Counted from the stretch's first letter, positions 21,225 to 32,470 are shown. The stretch: 64,000 nt of DNA from an uncultured Actinomycetota bacterium (GCA_963829525.1 CAWHIJ010000003.1:1632001-1696000); one strand, 5' to 3'. Notes: generated by a model from the sequence alone, not told the origin. Numbers and translations are program-made.

Positions 21225-22169
21225 ATGCGCCTGGTCTTCGCCGGGACGCCGAACGTTGCGTGCACGGCACTCGATGCCTTGGTCGGTTCTCGACACCGGG
21301 TCGTCGGGGTGATCACCCGCCCCGACGCCGCGCGCGGTCGCGGGCGCACCCTGACCATGTCGCCGGTCGCCCAGCGAGCGACCGAGCTAGACATTCCCGT
21401 GCTGCGGCCGACGAGCCTCTCCGATCCGTCCGTCGAAGATGACCTCGGAGCGCTCGCACCCGACTGTTGCCCGATCGTCGCCTACGGCGGTCTGGTTCCG
21501 CAACGGCTACTCGAGCTCCCGCCGCATGGGTGGGTCAACCTGCATTTCTCACTGCTTCCGCTGTGGCGCGGCGCCGCCCCCGTGCAGCACGCCGTCCTGC
21601 ACGGCGATGCCGTCACCGGCGCCTCGACCTTTCGACTCACTGCCGGGCTCGACACGGGGCCGGTCTACGGAACGGTCACCGAGTCAGTCGCACCGTCGGA
21701 CACATCGGGGGAGCTGCTCAGCCGGCTTGCCACAGCGGGCGCCGAGCTCTTGCTTCGGACGCTCGACGGGATTGAGGACGGTCAATTGCTTCCGATTGAG
21801 CAGCCAGGCGAGGGAGTCAGCTTCGCGCCGAAGCTCAGCGCCCGTGACGCGAGGGTGCGTTGGTCTGAGCCGGCCCTGGCCGTCGACCGGCGGATCCGTG
21901 CGTGCACGCCCGACCCTGGGGCATGGACCGAGTACGCAGGAGACCGCCTCGGGTTGCTGCCGATAGTGGCGCCCTCGGGGGCAGGTCAGCTGCCTGACCT
22001 GGGTGACCTCGCACCCGGAGTCGTGCAGGTGACCAAGCGAGCGGTCTTTGTCGGGACGGGCTCCTTTCCGGTCCAGCTGGGGCAGGTCAGGCCGGCCGGA
22101 AAGAAGACCATGGACTCCGCCGACTGGGCGCGCGGTGTGCGGCTGGCCGACGGGGCGAGGCTTCAGTGA
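21225..22169 (+). CDS. fmt: Methionyl-tRNA formyltransferase
   Basis: [37 protein letters not shown]. Confidence 0.97.
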   Translation: MRLVFAGTPNVACTALDALVGSRHRVVGVITRPDAARGRGRTLTMSPVAQRATELDIPVLRPTSLSDPSVEDDLGALAPDCCPIVAYGGLVPQRLLELPPHGWVNLHFSLLPLWRGAAPVQHAVLHGDAVTGASTFRLTAGLDTGPVYGTVTESVAPSDTSGELLSRLATAGAELLLRTLDGIEDGQLLPIEQPGEGVSFAPKLSARDARVRWSEPALAVDRRIRACTPDPGAWTEYAGDRLGLLPIVAPSGAGQLPDLGDLAPGVVQVTKRAVFVGTGSFPVQLGQVRPAGKKTMDSADWARGVRLADGARLQ

Positions 22170-23578
22170 ACAAGCGCACCGCTGCCCCGAGCCAGGTGGA
22201 TCGACCGCGTCGGGTGGCATTTGAAGTTCTTCGAGCGGTCAGTGAGAGCGGGGCCTACGCCAACCTGCTGCTTCCCGAACGGCTGCGCGCAGTGGGACTG
22301 ACCGGACGAGATGCGGCGTTTGCGACCGAGCTCACCTACGGAACACTTCGGCGCCGCGGCAGCTACGACGCCATTGCGGCTGCGGTCATCGACCGACCTT
22401 GGGCAGACGTCGACCGCCCCATTCAGGACCTGTTGCGCCTCGGCGCTCACCAGTTGTTGGGGATGAACGTGGCGACCCATGCGGCGGTCACCACAACGGT
22501 TGATCTCGCGAAGGCCGAGATCGGACGCGCCAGGGCTGGCTTCGTCAACGCCGTGTTGCGACGCATCGGGGCGCGCACCTACGACGGGTGGGTGGTCCAT
22601 TTGGTGGGTGGCCAGGACCCCATGACTCGTGAAGTTCTCGGGCTCCGCTATTCACACCCGGAATGGCTCGTCGAGGCGTTCGGCCGGGCGCTGGCCGCTC
22701 GCGGACGTCCGCCAGAGGAACTCCCCGATCTGCTCGCCGCCGACAACGTCGCGCCGGAGGTGACACTCGTCGCCCGCCCCGGTCGCTGCACCCAGGCCGA
22801 ACTCGTCGATGCGGGCGCACGTCCTGGCCGATGGTCTCCGATGGCTGCGATCTGGCCCTCAGGAGATCCCGGCGCGCTGACTGCTGTGAAGACTCATCGC
22901 GCAGGGGTTCAGGACGAGGGAAGCCAGATGGTCGCGGCCGCGCTGGTCGCTGCACCGCTCCTCGTGCCCGATGGCGCTCTGCCGATGGGTGCCGAGCGGT
23001 GGCTCGACATGTGTGCCGGACCAGGTGGGAAGGCGGCGCTCTTGGCTGCCCTGGCGCGGCAGCAAAAAGCTTCTCTTCAGGCGTGGGAGCTGCTGCCGCA
23101 TCGAGCGCGGTTGGTGACGCAGACGGTGGGGGAGGGCGTTGAGGTTCGGGTTGTCGACGCAGGAGACCCGCGGCGCGTGAGGGAAGCAGCTGGCGGCTTC
23201 GACCGGGTGCTTCTTGACGCACCATGTTCAGGGGCCGGAGCCCTGCGTCGGCGTCCTGAGGCGCGGTGGCGCAAGCAACCCGAAGACCTACCAGCCCTGG
23301 TAGCGGGTCAGCGCCGACTTCTGGAGAATGCCTTCCGACTCGTCCGCCCCGGCGGTGTCGTGGGATACGTCACCTGCTCCCCACTGCTGGCTGAGACCAG
23401 CGGGGTTGTTCAGGCAGTTCTGGCCGAACACGAAGGCATCGAGCAGATCGACGCGAGGCCGCTCCTGCCCGGTCTACCGTCGGGCGTGGGGCCGGGGCCC
23501 GATGTTCAGCTCTGGCCACACCTGCACGGAACCGATGCGATGTACCTGTCGTTGCTCCGCGTGAATACCGCGGTTTGA
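22166..23578 (+). CDS. rsmB: 16S rRNA m5C methyltransferase (RsmB/Fmu) with NusB-like N-domain
   Basis: [56 protein letters not shown]. Confidence 0.93.
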   Translation: MNKRTAAPSQVDRPRRVAFEVLRAVSESGAYANLLLPERLRAVGLTGRDAAFATELTYGTLRRRGSYDAIAAAVIDRPWADVDRPIQDLLRLGAHQLLGMNVATHAAVTTTVDLAKAEIGRARAGFVNAVLRRIGARTYDGWVVHLVGGQDPMTREVLGLRYSHPEWLVEAFGRALAARGRPPEELPDLLAADNVAPEVTLVARPGRCTQAELVDAGARPGRWSPMAAIWPSGDPGALTAVKTHRAGVQDEGSQMVAAALVAAPLLVPDGALPMGAERWLDMCAGPGGKAALLAALARQQKASLQAWELLPHRARLVTQTVGEGVEVRVVDAGDPRRVREAAGGFDRVLLDAPCSGAGALRRRPEARWRKQPEDLPALVAGQRRLLENAFRLVRPGGVVGYVTCSPLLAETSGVVQAVLAEHEGIEQIDARPLLPGLPSGVGPGPDVQLWPHLHGTDAMYLSLLRVNTAV

Positions 23579-23581
23579 CGT

Positions 23582-24817
23582 TCAGGCCACCTCGGCGGTC
23601 GAGCAGAGCACGCGGTTCTTGCCGGCACGTTTTGCCTTCAGCAGCTGTTCGTCAGCACTGCGGACGAGCTGGGAGACCTCACGTGCAGTACCTGTCGTCG
23701 AGATGCCGAAGCTGGCGGTCACGGCGATTCCCTCGACGACGGCGTTCCAGTCGTGTTGTGCGAGGGTGCAGCGCATGCGGTCGCAGACCGTGACAGCTTC
23801 CTCCGACGAGGTACCCGGCATGAGGAGGGCGAACTCTTCGCCACCCATCCGGACGAGCTCGTCAGATCCACGGATCGCGCTGGCGAGCACAATGGCGGCC
23901 TGTTGGAGCACCTGGTCACCGACCAAGTGCGTGTACCGATCGTTGATGCGTTTGAAATCATCGAGGTCGATGATGGCCACACTCAAGGGATGTCCACTGC
24001 GATTTGCGTAGCGGAACATGCGATCGATCGTCTCGTCCATGTGACGCCGGTTGTGGAGGCCGGTGAGGGAGTCTCGAACGGACAACTCGGCCAGCTGCGC
24101 GCTCAGGCGCTGCTCGCGTTGGAGGGCACCGGCCAGTTCGGTGGTGCGCGAACGAACTCGAGCCTCGAGCTCGCTGTTGACGACCTGGAGCTCATCGGCC
24201 AGACGCTGGGACTCCATCCTGGTCTGGTTGACATCGTGGAAGGCGCTGTCGATGACAACGGTCAGAACGACCGCTGCAGCACCGAGAATCGCCAGCAAGA
24301 TGGTCGCGTAGATGGTGAGGTCGTCGATCCCGAGCTGGAGATCGGAGGCCGTTCGGCTGACCACCATCAGATCCAGCATGGCGATACCCGTCGCGGCCAG
24401 CACGTGACGGGCGGGAAGTACCACGGCCGCCATGACTGGAATCACTGTGACGAAGAGCACGTCAGCCGGGAAAGGTTTATCACCTGGGAGAAAGCCGTTG
24501 AGCGGAACCAGGATGAAGTACGACAGGAAGACCCACGCTGCCAGCGTGAAGTGGGCCCGGCTCACCAGCGTGCGAATGGTGGCGTAGTAGACGAGGCCGA
24601 TGAGCACGATGGGGACGTTGCGTCCAGGGTTGGGCAGGGCAACGGCGACAAAGATGCTCAAGGGGATGGCGGCGATTGCGAGTGCGGTCGCAACACCGAG
24701 GAGGGTCCTCGCTCGGCGGCGTTCGGCTCCGATCGCACCTGGCGGAAGAGCAAGTAAGCGCTCGGACCACTGTCGTCCGGCGCGCATCGCCTCACCCTGC
24801 CGGGCCCCGCCCCCCAT
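23582..24817 (-). CDS. Membrane-bound diguanylate cyclase (multi-TM, coiled coil, GGDEF)
   Basis: About six hydrophobic helices, LEARVRSRTTEL coiled coil, DSLTGLHNRR, DLDDFKRINDRYTHLVGD, RGSD I-site five residues before GGEEF, AKRAGKNR; start uncertain (24817 or 24787). Confidence 0.93.
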   Translation of the reverse strand: MGGGARQGEAMRAGRQWSERLLALPPGAIGAERRRARTLLGVATALAIAAIPLSIFVAVALPNPGRNVPIVLIGLVYYATIRTLVSRAHFTLAAWVFLSYFILVPLNGFLPGDKPFPADVLFVTVIPVMAAVVLPARHVLAATGIAMLDLMVVSRTASDLQLGIDDLTIYATILLAILGAAAVVLTVVIDSAFHDVNQTRMESQRLADELQVVNSELEARVRSRTTELAGALQREQRLSAQLAELSVRDSLTGLHNRRHMDETIDRMFRYANRSGHPLSVAIIDLDDFKRINDRYTHLVGDQVLQQAAIVLASAIRGSDELVRMGGEEFALLMPGTSSEEAVTVCDRMRCTLAQHDWNAVVEGIAVTASFGISTTGTAREVSQLVRSADEQLLKAKRAGKNRVLCSTAEVA

Positions 24818-24835
24818 GCCATCCCTCTCTCTGTA

Positions 24836-24858
24836 GTCACATGGTGACGGAAAGTGAT
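24836..24858. promoter_or_regulatory. Candidate BldD-type operator in the divergent DGC/IMPase promoter
   Basis: GTGACGGAAAGTGAT (24844-24858) fits TNAC-N5-GTNA but not the inner C/G positions; it overlaps the palindrome GTCAC-ATG-GTGAC (24836-24848). Confidence 0.35.
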
Positions 24859-24940
24859 CAAAGATGCCAGCATTCCGGGTGGTGAGTGTCCTGAGCTAGT
24901 CGGCAGACGGAGTCGCTGCGCACCGCTACGCTCCGGCGGT

Positions 24941-25834
24941 GTGGAGCCCACCTCGCCGCCCGTAGACGCCGGCCGGTCATCGGGTCACCCGGTCGGCGTA
25001 GCCGCCGAAGGGACCGAGGACGACCTGGCGCTCGCCCGCGAGCTGGCTGACGCTGCGGCCGAGGTGACGATGGCAGCGTTCGGCGGACGGCAGCAGGTCC
25101 AGCTCAAACCCGATGCAACGCCCGTGACCGAGGTCGACGCGGCTGCTGAGCTGGCGATTCGAGAGGTGCTCGCGCGGCGGCGTCCTGCCGACGGTGTCCG
25201 AGGGGAGGAAGGCGGCTATGCCCCAGGAACGAGCGGGCGGGTGTGGGTCGTCGACCCGATCGACGGCACCCGGATGTTCGCCGAGGGTGTCCCCTTGTGG
25301 ACCACTCTCATCGCGCTGCGGGTCGGGGAGGATGTAGGCGGGACAATCTTGGTCGGAGTCGCCGATGCACCTGCTCTTGGCGAGCGCTACCACGCGGCTC
25401 GGGGGGCGGGTGCTTGGTGCAACGATCGGGCGATCGGGGTGTCGGCGGTCAGCCGTCTCGACGAGTCTTTCGTGCTGCACGCCGCGCTCGAGGAATTCGG
25501 CCGACCCGCGGGAACGGGCGTCGAGGCGCTGCACCGCGTCGTTGGTGGCGCCCGCGCCAGCCGCGGAATCGGTGACGGTTGGGCGCACCTGCTTGTTGCA
25601 CGGGGCGCCGCCGAAGCCCTGGTCGAGCAAGGGCCGTGCTTTGAGTGGGACTGGGCGGCGACCAGCGTCATCGTCGAGGAGGCCGGTGGCCAGGTCACCC
25701 GGCTGGAGGGAGGGCCACCAGTCGACGGTGGGCACTTGCTGGTGACGAACGGACGCATCGATGCTGAGGTGCGTGCGGCATTGGGTATCGACCCCGACTC
25801 GCACAGCGCCCGTAACCCCCGCCCCGGGGTGTGA
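24941..25834 (+). CDS. Inositol monophosphatase family protein (HisN-like)
   Basis: KPDATPVTEVD, GEE, WVVDPIDGT, WTTLIAL, WDWAA; probable leaderless GTG start after TACGCT at 24927-24932. Confidence 0.88.
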   Translation: MEPTSPPVDAGRSSGHPVGVAAEGTEDDLALARELADAAAEVTMAAFGGRQQVQLKPDATPVTEVDAAAELAIREVLARRRPADGVRGEEGGYAPGTSGRVWVVDPIDGTRMFAEGVPLWTTLIALRVGEDVGGTILVGVADAPALGERYHAARGAGAWCNDRAIGVSAVSRLDESFVLHAALEEFGRPAGTGVEALHRVVGGARASRGIGDGWAHLLVARGAAEALVEQGPCFEWDWAATSVIVEEAGGQVTRLEGGPPVDGGHLLVTNGRIDAEVRAALGIDPDSHSARNPRPGV

Positions 25835-25842
25835 GCTGACCG

Positions 25843-26643
25843 ATGCGAGCAACCGGGGCTGTCGAACGGGTGGCCGATGTCTTGGAACTGCTGGGTGCAG
25901 CGCGTGCCCCGTTGGGCGTCACCGAAGTGGCGCGCCAGCTCGACGTGCACAAGGCAACTGCCTCCCGGCTCCTTGGCACGCTGGCCGAACGCGGGCTGGT
26001 GCGACGCGACCGAGCCGGTTATCGGCTCGGACCCCGCTTGGCCCGGTTGGCAGTTGACGCCGTCACCGACCTTGGCGTCGTTGAGGTCTCACGCCCGGTC
26101 CTTCGCGACCTGGCGTCAGCCACCGGCGAGGTTGCGTACCTCTCACTGCCCATGGGGCGTGCGGTGCTCTACGTCGAGCATGTCGCGGCCACGCGCGGGG
26201 CCACCGAGGAGCCCTGGATCTGGCTGCGCGGGAGCCCGCTGCACTGCTCGTCCAGCGGGAAGATCTTCGCCGCCTATGGTGCCATCGCCGATCTCGACGC
26301 GGCCTTGCAGCCGCCGTTGTCACAGCGCGCCAGCCGCACCATCAGTGACCCGCAGCAGTTTCGTCGGCTGTTGCCAGCAGTGCGCAAGCAGGGGTACGCC
26401 ACATCCGTCGATGAGCTCGAGGACGGCATGTCGTCCGTGGCCGTTCCGGTCATGGCACCGGAGGGCTCGGTGCTTGCGGCGATCGGTGTGGCCGGGCCAA
26501 GCGCCCGACTCACGGAGGCGCGGCTGAAGACAGTCAGTGTTTCTGCGCGGTCGGCAGCAGGAGTGCTGACCCGGAGGGCCACACCCCTGCTCGCCCAGAG
26601 CAACGAACCGATTGCACCTGCCAATGGCCGGCCGATCACCTGA
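25843..26643 (+). CDS. IclR-family transcriptional regulator
   Basis: AVERVADVLELL..LGVTEVARQLDVHKATASRLLGTL HTH; PLHCSSSGK; VRKQGYATSVDELEDGMSSVAVPV. Confidence 0.93.
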   Translation: MRATGAVERVADVLELLGAARAPLGVTEVARQLDVHKATASRLLGTLAERGLVRRDRAGYRLGPRLARLAVDAVTDLGVVEVSRPVLRDLASATGEVAYLSLPMGRAVLYVEHVAATRGATEEPWIWLRGSPLHCSSSGKIFAAYGAIADLDAALQPPLSQRASRTISDPQQFRRLLPAVRKQGYATSVDELEDGMSSVAVPVMAPEGSVLAAIGVAGPSARLTEARLKTVSVSARSAAGVLTRRATPLLAQSNEPIAPANGRPIT

Positions 26644-26678
26644 CCAGCGAACAATCACCTGACCAGCGACCAATCACG
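26635..26678 (+). repeat. 19-bp tandem repeat spanning the IclR stop codon
   Basis: atcacctgaccagcgaaca/atcacctgaccagcgacca/atcacg. Confidence 0.85.
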
Positions 26679-26686
26679 AGGACGAG

Positions 26687-27721
26687 ATGAGTGCATATGT
26701 GGCGATTGGTGAACCAGCGCTCGGTGACCAGCATCCCGATCCGATCAACGGCGTGAACCCCTTCAACGCGCCGGGAGAGTGGCTGCGCTGTGCCCTTCAC
26801 ACGCACAGCACGGTCAGCGACGGGACCCTGTCACCGGAGCACCTCGTGATGGCTTACGAGGAGCAAGGGTTCGATGTCGTCGCCATCACTGATCACTGGC
26901 GACTGGCCCATGTTCCCTCCACCGCAAGGGTTCTCACCATCCCTGCGGCTGAGCTGGGCTGGGACATCGACCACCCGCACTACCCGCGACAGAGCGCTGA
27001 GTTCCTCGTCTACGGGATTGACCACATCCCAGACGACCCCGAAGGTGATCGCGCCAACTGGTACACCAACGCGGAGGAGAACTACGAGGTACGCACCTTC
27101 CCCGACTTGACGTCAGGCGTGAGTTGGGCCGAGACCATGGGCGCCGTCGTCTACGTGGCGCACCCTTACTGGACCCAGCTGCCGCTCGATGACCTTCTGG
27201 CTCAAGAGGGGTTCGCCGGGATTGAGGTCTTCAACGGCTCCTGCCATGAGGAGACCGGGCGTGGTGACTCCTCAGTGTGGTGGGACGCCCTGCTGGCGCG
27301 TGGGCGAAGGGCATTCGGAATCGGCACGGACGACCAGCACTATCCGCTCTTCGAGCTTGGGACCGGGTGGACGATGGTGCGTGCCGCCGAACGCAGTCAG
27401 GAAGCGGTGTTGGCCGCGTTGCGCGACGGCATGGCGTACTTCTCACATGGCCCAACGATTCGCCATATCGAGGTGATCGACGGTGCTGTGGAGGTGGAGT
27501 GCTCATCGGCGCGGTCGGTGCTGCTGCAGGGCGAGGAGGAGCTAGGCCTGGCCGTCACCGTCGGTCGCGGCGGACGCCGCCAAGGTCAGGTGCTGTCCAC
27601 CGATGACCGCGGACTGATTACGTCGGTACGCTTCGACACGTCGTCTTATGCTCCGTCGCGGTACCGCCGAGTTTCGGTGGTCGATGCCGAAGGGCGCCGC
27701 GCTTGGAGCAACCCCCTCTAG
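26687..27721 (+). CDS. PHP-superfamily metallohydrolase (CehA/McbA-like)
   Basis: Metal-ligand motifs LHTHSTVSDG, ITDH, VAHPYW, IEVFNG, GTDDQH; C-terminal AWSNPL. Confidence 0.85.
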   Translation: MSAYVAIGEPALGDQHPDPINGVNPFNAPGEWLRCALHTHSTVSDGTLSPEHLVMAYEEQGFDVVAITDHWRLAHVPSTARVLTIPAAELGWDIDHPHYPRQSAEFLVYGIDHIPDDPEGDRANWYTNAEENYEVRTFPDLTSGVSWAETMGAVVYVAHPYWTQLPLDDLLAQEGFAGIEVFNGSCHEETGRGDSSVWWDALLARGRRAFGIGTDDQHYPLFELGTGWTMVRAAERSQEAVLAALRDGMAYFSHGPTIRHIEVIDGAVEVECSSARSVLLQGEEELGLAVTVGRGGRRQGQVLSTDDRGLITSVRFDTSSYAPSRYRRVSVVDAEGRRAWSNPL

Positions 27722-27782
27722 CGGCTCCCGAGCGCACAGCTGGTTGACGCCTCGGAGCAGCGAGTGCGCCTAGACTGCGTAC

Positions 27783-28454
27783 GTGGGTATCCAGATCTCG
27801 CCAAGCATCCTGTCGGCCGACTTCGCTCGGTTGGAAGCTGAGGTCGCCTCGATCGCCGACGTTGCCGACTGGGTCCACGTCGACGTCATGGACAACCACT
27901 TCGTGCCCAACCTGACGCTTGGCCTCCCGATCGTCGAGTCGCTGCACAAGGTGTCGTCGCTGCCCCTCGACTGTCATCTGATGATCGAGGACCCCGACAG
28001 ATGGGCCACTGCCTACGCCGAGGCTGGAGCTGGTTCGGTGACTTTCCACGTGGAAGCCGTGCATGCACCGGTGCGCTTGGCGCGCGAGCTCCGGGCGCTT
28101 GGCTGCAGGGCCGGTATGGGTCTGAAGCCGGCGACCGCCATCGAGCCCTATGCCGACCTTCTTCCTGAGCTCGACATGATCCTGCTGATGACCGTCGAAC
28201 CCGGTTTTGGTGGCCAGGCCTTCCTTGACGTGGTCCTCCCCAAGATCGCTCGCACCCGTCAGCTGCTTCGGGACCGCGACTCGTCGGTGTGGCTTCAGGT
28301 CGACGGTGGCATTTCAGCGTCGACGATCGAACGGGCCGCCGAGGCCGGCGCAGATGTCTTCGTGGCCGGGTCGGCCGTCTTCAATGCTGACGACCCAGGT
28401 GCTGTCGTCTCTCACCTCCGAGCCTCGGCCGAGGCTGTTGCTGTGAGAGACTAG
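27783..28454 (+). CDS. rpe: Ribulose-phosphate 3-epimerase
   Basis: [53 protein letters not shown]. Confidence 0.98.
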   Translation: MGIQISPSILSADFARLEAEVASIADVADWVHVDVMDNHFVPNLTLGLPIVESLHKVSSLPLDCHLMIEDPDRWATAYAEAGAGSVTFHVEAVHAPVRLARELRALGCRAGMGLKPATAIEPYADLLPELDMILLMTVEPGFGGQAFLDVVLPKIARTRQLLRDRDSSVWLQVDGGISASTIERAAEAGADVFVAGSAVFNADDPGAVVSHLRASAEAVAVRD

Positions 28455-28468
28455 AGGTCAGTAACAAC

Positions 28469-28594
28469 GCACGCTCCGGGGTCGGTGCAACTCCGAACCG
28501 GCGGTGAAAGCCCGCGACCCGGCCGCATCCAGCGGTCGGTTGACTTGGTGAAACTCCGAGGCCGACGGTGAAAGTCCGGATGAGAGGCGCGTGC
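28469..28594 (+). ncRNA. FMN riboswitch (RFN element)
   Basis: CUCCGGGGUCGGUGCAACUCCGAACCGGCGGUGAAAGCCCGCGAC...UGGUGAAACUCCGAGGCCGACGGUGAAAGUCCGGAUGAGAG, closed by GCACGC/GCGUGC; directly upstream of the rib operon. Confidence 0.96.
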
Positions 28595-28730
28595 AGCCGG
28601 CCACCTGGCCGGTGGTGGTCCCCGCGATGTCGGGGTCGCTGGTGTGAATACACCTCGACAACGCGATGGCCACCTCGCCTGCTGCCAGATGCTGTGCCCC
28701 CCGGAGCCCGATTGCCTCAAGGAGACGGGC

Positions 28731-29849
28731 GTGGTCGGTACGGCAAGCACCACAGAGCACGCGGCGATGGCGCGTGCGATCTCCCTTGCCCGGACGCCGG
28801 GCGTCCGCACTCACCCGAACCCTCGAGTCGGCGCTGTGCTCCTTGATGCTTCTGGTGTCGAGATCGGCTCGGGTCTCCACCGCGGCGCCGGCATGCCACA
28901 TGCCGAGGTCGAGGCATTGGCGCAGGCGGGCGACTTGGCGCGAGGCGCGACTGTGATCGTCACCCTTGAGCCCTGTAACCACACCGGTCGGACCGGACCC
29001 TGCAGCGAGGCCCTCATCAAAGCCGGCGTCGCTCGAGTGGTCTACGGGCAGCCCGACCCCAATTTGCTGGCCCGTGGTGGCGCGGGCGTCCTGGCTGCAG
29101 CTGGCATCGAGGTGGAGGGTGGTGTGCTGGTCGCGGAAGCACGTTCACTTAACCCTGTCTGGTCGTTCGCCATGGAGCATCGGCGGCCACTCGTCACATG
29201 GAAGTTCGCCGCGACGCTGGACGGCCGAGTCGCTGCGACCGACCGAACCAGCCGATGGATCAGCAGCGCTGAGTCGCGCGCCGAAGTGCATCGGCTGCGC
29301 GCCGAGGTCGATGCGGTCGTCGTCGGTACCGGCACGGTCCTTGCCGATGACCCGCGGCTGAACGCCAGAGACAAGGGTGACGTTCCCTCGCGGCTGCAAC
29401 CCCTGCGTGTCGTCGTTGGTGAGCGTGATCTACCGGCAAACGCACGTGTTCTTGACGAGTCGGCTGACACACTCCTGTTTGCGACCCACGACGTCAGCAG
29501 CGTGCTTGACGATCTCTTCGCCCGCGACGTTCACCATGTTCTCCTCGAAGGGGGACCCACCCTTGCGGCCGCGTTCTTGCGGGCCGATCTGGTCGATCAG
29601 GTGGTTGGGTATGTAGGCCCACGGCTCCTCGGCGCCGGACCAGCAGTCATGGGGGAACTTGATATCGACACAATCTCCGATGCGCTCGAGCTCACCATCG
29701 ATGACGTCTGTCTGGTCGGGGGAGACATCCGATGGACCGCTCGGCTCCATGGCTCCGCACCCCGCTTCGACTCCGCACCCCGCTTCGACTCCGCACCCCG
29801 CTTCGACTCCGCACCATCGGCTCGATCCCGCATCGAAGGGAACTTCTAA
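28731..29849 (+). CDS. ribD: Riboflavin biosynthesis deaminase/reductase
   Basis: PNPRVGAV, HAEVEAL, VTLEPCNHTGRTGPC, KFAATLDG, GTGTVLADDP, LLEGGPTLA; SD AAGGAG before GTG 28731. Confidence 0.96.
   Translation: MVGTASTTEHAAMARAISLARTPGVRTHPNPRVGAVLLDASGVEIGSGLHRGAGMPHAEVEALAQAGDLARGATVIVTLEPCNHTGRTGPCSEALIKAGVARVVYGQPDPNLLARGGAGVLAAAGIEVEGGVLVAEARSLNPVWSFAMEHRRPLVTWKFAATLDGRVAATDRTSRWISSAESRAEVHRLRAEVDAVVVGTGTVLADDPRLNARDKGDVPSRLQPLRVVVGERDLPANARVLDESADTLLFATHDVSSVLDDLFARDVHHVLLEGGPTLAAAFLRADLVDQVVGYVGPRLLGAGPAVMGELDIDTISDALELTIDDVCLVGGDIRWTARLHGSAPRFDSAPRFDSAPRFDSAPSARSRIEGNF
29753..29815 (+). repeat. 18-bp tandem repeat x3.5 in the ribD 3' end (SAPRFD repeats)
   Basis: ctccgcaccccgcttcga x3 + ctccgcacc. 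Confidence 0.95.
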
Positions 29850-30445
29850 TGTTCACCGGAATCGTCGAGGAACTCGGTCACATCGTGGCCATCGAGCGGG
29901 GCCAAGCGTCGGCGACTTTGCGTGTCCGTGGAGCAGTGGTGACGTCTGATGCCGGACTCGGTGACTCGATCGCCGTCAACGGGGTCTGCTTGACGGTCAC
30001 AGCACTAAGCGATGATGAATTCGCTGCTGACGTGATGCAGGAGACGTTGCTTCGCTCCAGCCTGGGGGCGCTGCAGCCAGGGTCGCCGGTCAACCTCGAG
30101 CGCCCGCTGACCCTGGCCAGCCGACTCGGTGGGCACCTCGTCCAGGGACACGTTGACGCCACCGCTCGCCTGCTTCGGCGGACTCCCGGTGAGAACTGGG
30201 AAGTGGTGCGCTTCGAGCTGCCCGCGAACGTGTCTCGTTATGTGGTTGAGAAGGGGTCGATCACCGTCGACGGGGTGTCTCTGACTGTGTCTGAAATCGA
30301 TGGCGACTGGTTCGCTGTGAGCCTGATTCCGACAACGCTTGAGCTCACGACGCTGGGAAGCAAGAAGCCAGGGGATCTGGTCAACCTCGAAGTTGACGTC
30401 ATTGCCAAGTACGTCGAGCGGATGCTGCCGGGAGGCCAGTCATGA
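29849..30445 (+). CDS. ribE: Riboflavin synthase (alpha chain)
   Basis: [50 protein letters not shown]. Confidence 0.97.
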   Translation: MFTGIVEELGHIVAIERGQASATLRVRGAVVTSDAGLGDSIAVNGVCLTVTALSDDEFAADVMQETLLRSSLGALQPGSPVNLERPLTLASRLGGHLVQGHVDATARLLRRTPGENWEVVRFELPANVSRYVVEKGSITVDGVSLTVSEIDGDWFAVSLIPTTLELTTLGSKKPGDLVNLEVDVIAKYVERMLPGGQS

Positions 30446-31746
30446 CAACGAACGATTCGCATGGGGGAGCCGCTGAGGTGGTCGTTCGGCTTGATTCCAT
30501 CGAACAGGCGGTCGCCGACATCGCAGCCGGTCGTGCCGTCGTCGTGGTCGATGACGAAGACCGCGAGAACGAGGGTGACTTGATCTTCGCCGCGCAACGC
30601 GCCACCCCCGAGCTGGCCGGTTTCATGATCCGGCACACCTCCGGGGTGATCTGCGTCGCGATGGCCGGGTCTGACCTCGACCGGCTGTCGCTGCCCCCCA
30701 TGACGATGGTCAACGAAGACCGAAAGGGGACCGCCTACGCCGTCAGCGTTGACGCCCGCGACGGAGTGACCACGGGCATCTCCGCTTCGGACCGAGCCCA
30801 CACCATCAGGGTGCTGGCCGACACTGCGACTGAGCCGAACGAGATCACCCGTCCTGGCCACGTCTTTCCCCTGCGAGCGGCGATCGGTGGGGTGCTGCGT
30901 CGACCAGGACATACCGAGGCTGCCGTCGACCTCGCCCGAATCGCCGGGCTCACTCCGGCCGGCGCGATCTGCGAGATCGTTCATGACGACGGGTCCCTGA
31001 TGCGCGCACCCCAGCTGCGCGAGTTCGCCGATGATCACGGCCTGACGATGATTTCGATCGCCGACCTGATCGCCTATGTTCGGCGGACCGAGCTGCAGGT
31101 GGAGCGGGTGGCAACCACCGCCCTACCCACCCGCTACGGCGACTTCACCGCTCATGGTTACCGCGACATCATCACCGGGACTGACCACGTTGCTCTCGTC
31201 AACGGAGATCTCGGCGACGGCCACGATGTACTCGTACGCGTGCACTCCGAGTGCCTCACTGGGGATGTCCTTGGGTCAACTCGATGCGACTGTGGCGCCC
31301 AGCTGGCCACAGCCATGCAGCGCGTTGCGGACGAGGGGCGCGGTGTCGTCCTCTACCTGCGTGGGCACGAGGGGCGTGGGATCGGGCTGCTGCACAAGTT
31401 GCGGGCCTACCAGTTGCAGGACGCGGGGGCCGACACGGTTCAGGCCAACCTCGAACTCGGTCTTCCGGCCGATGCCCGCGACTACGGGACCGGCGCCCAG
31501 ATCCTGGCCGACCTGGGTGTCCGCAGCATGCGCCTGCTCACCAACAACCCGACCAAACGCGCAGGCTTGGAGGGGTACGGCCTGACGATCGTCGGCCGTG
31601 AGCCGCTCCCGCCATCTGTAACGGAGGAGAACGTGCGCTATCTGACGACCAAGCGCGACCTGATGGGTCACGAGCTGCCTGACCTCGACCCAGGCCCTGG
31701 TGGTGTTGCTGCGGCCGGCAGCGCGACTCCGGAGAGCCAGCGATGA
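30442..31746 (+). CDS. ribBA: DHBP synthase / GTP cyclohydrolase II
   Basis: [56 protein letters not shown]. Confidence 0.97.
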   Translation: MTTNDSHGGAAEVVVRLDSIEQAVADIAAGRAVVVVDDEDRENEGDLIFAAQRATPELAGFMIRHTSGVICVAMAGSDLDRLSLPPMTMVNEDRKGTAYAVSVDARDGVTTGISASDRAHTIRVLADTATEPNEITRPGHVFPLRAAIGGVLRRPGHTEAAVDLARIAGLTPAGAICEIVHDDGSLMRAPQLREFADDHGLTMISIADLIAYVRRTELQVERVATTALPTRYGDFTAHGYRDIITGTDHVALVNGDLGDGHDVLVRVHSECLTGDVLGSTRCDCGAQLATAMQRVADEGRGVVLYLRGHEGRGIGLLHKLRAYQLQDAGADTVQANLELGLPADARDYGTGAQILADLGVRSMRLLTNNPTKRAGLEGYGLTIVGREPLPPSVTEENVRYLTTKRDLMGHELPDLDPGPGGVAAAGSATPESQR

Positions 31747-32210
31747 GCGGGGCGGGAGCGCCGGCGTTCGAGGTTGACGGCAGTGGGCTACGCGTGGCCA
31801 TCGTGGCTGCGTCATGGCATACCCAGGTGATGGACGGGTTGATTGCCGGGGCTCAGCGGGCGCTGGCCGAGGCCGGCGTCCGCGACGTCGAAGTGGTGAG
31901 GGTCCCGGGTGCCTTCGAGCTTCCCCTCGGCGCCGCCCGCCTCTTGGAGCGTTGTGATGCCGTCGTTGCGCTCGGAGTGGTCATCCGAGGCGGCACGCCG
32001 CACTTTGAGTACGTCTGCTCTGCGGCCGCCGACGGCCTGCTGCGGGCCAGTCTCGACGCCAAACGCCCGGTGGGATTCGGGCTCCTCACCTGCGACGACG
32101 AGCAACAGGCCATCGACCGTGCTGGACTTCCCGGTTCGCACGAGGACAAGGGGGCCGAAGCCGCCCAGGCTGCGCTGGCCATGGCGGTCTCACTACCCTT
32201 TCCCAGATGA
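31743..32210 (+). CDS. ribH: 6,7-dimethyl-8-ribityllumazine synthase
   Basis: [37 protein letters not shown]. Confidence 0.97.
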   Translation: MSGAGAPAFEVDGSGLRVAIVAASWHTQVMDGLIAGAQRALAEAGVRDVEVVRVPGAFELPLGAARLLERCDAVVALGVVIRGGTPHFEYVCSAAADGLLRASLDAKRPVGFGLLTCDDEQQAIDRAGLPGSHEDKGAEAAQAALAMAVSLPFPR

Positions 32211-32470
32211 AGAGCTTCGACGACCTGTTCAACGAGCTCCAGGGGCGCAGACTCACCCGTCCGGAAGGGTCAGGTACCGTCCGACTCCTGGACTCAGGTG
32301 TCCACGAGATCGGCAAGAAGCTCGTGGAGGAGGCCGCCGAGTCCTGGATGGCCGCAGAGCACGAGGGAAGTGAACGGGCCGCCGAAGAGCTCGCCCAGCT
32401 GATCTACCACGTGCAGGTCATGATGGTGGCCTGCGGACTCTCCCTCGAGGACCTCTACCGAAAGCTGTAG
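32207..32470 (+). CDS. hisE: Phosphoribosyl-ATP diphosphatase
   Basis: [38 protein letters not shown]. Confidence 0.95.
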   Translation: MKSFDDLFNELQGRRLTRPEGSGTVRLLDSGVHEIGKKLVEEAAESWMAAEHEGSERAAEELAQLIYHVQVMMVACGLSLEDLYRKL

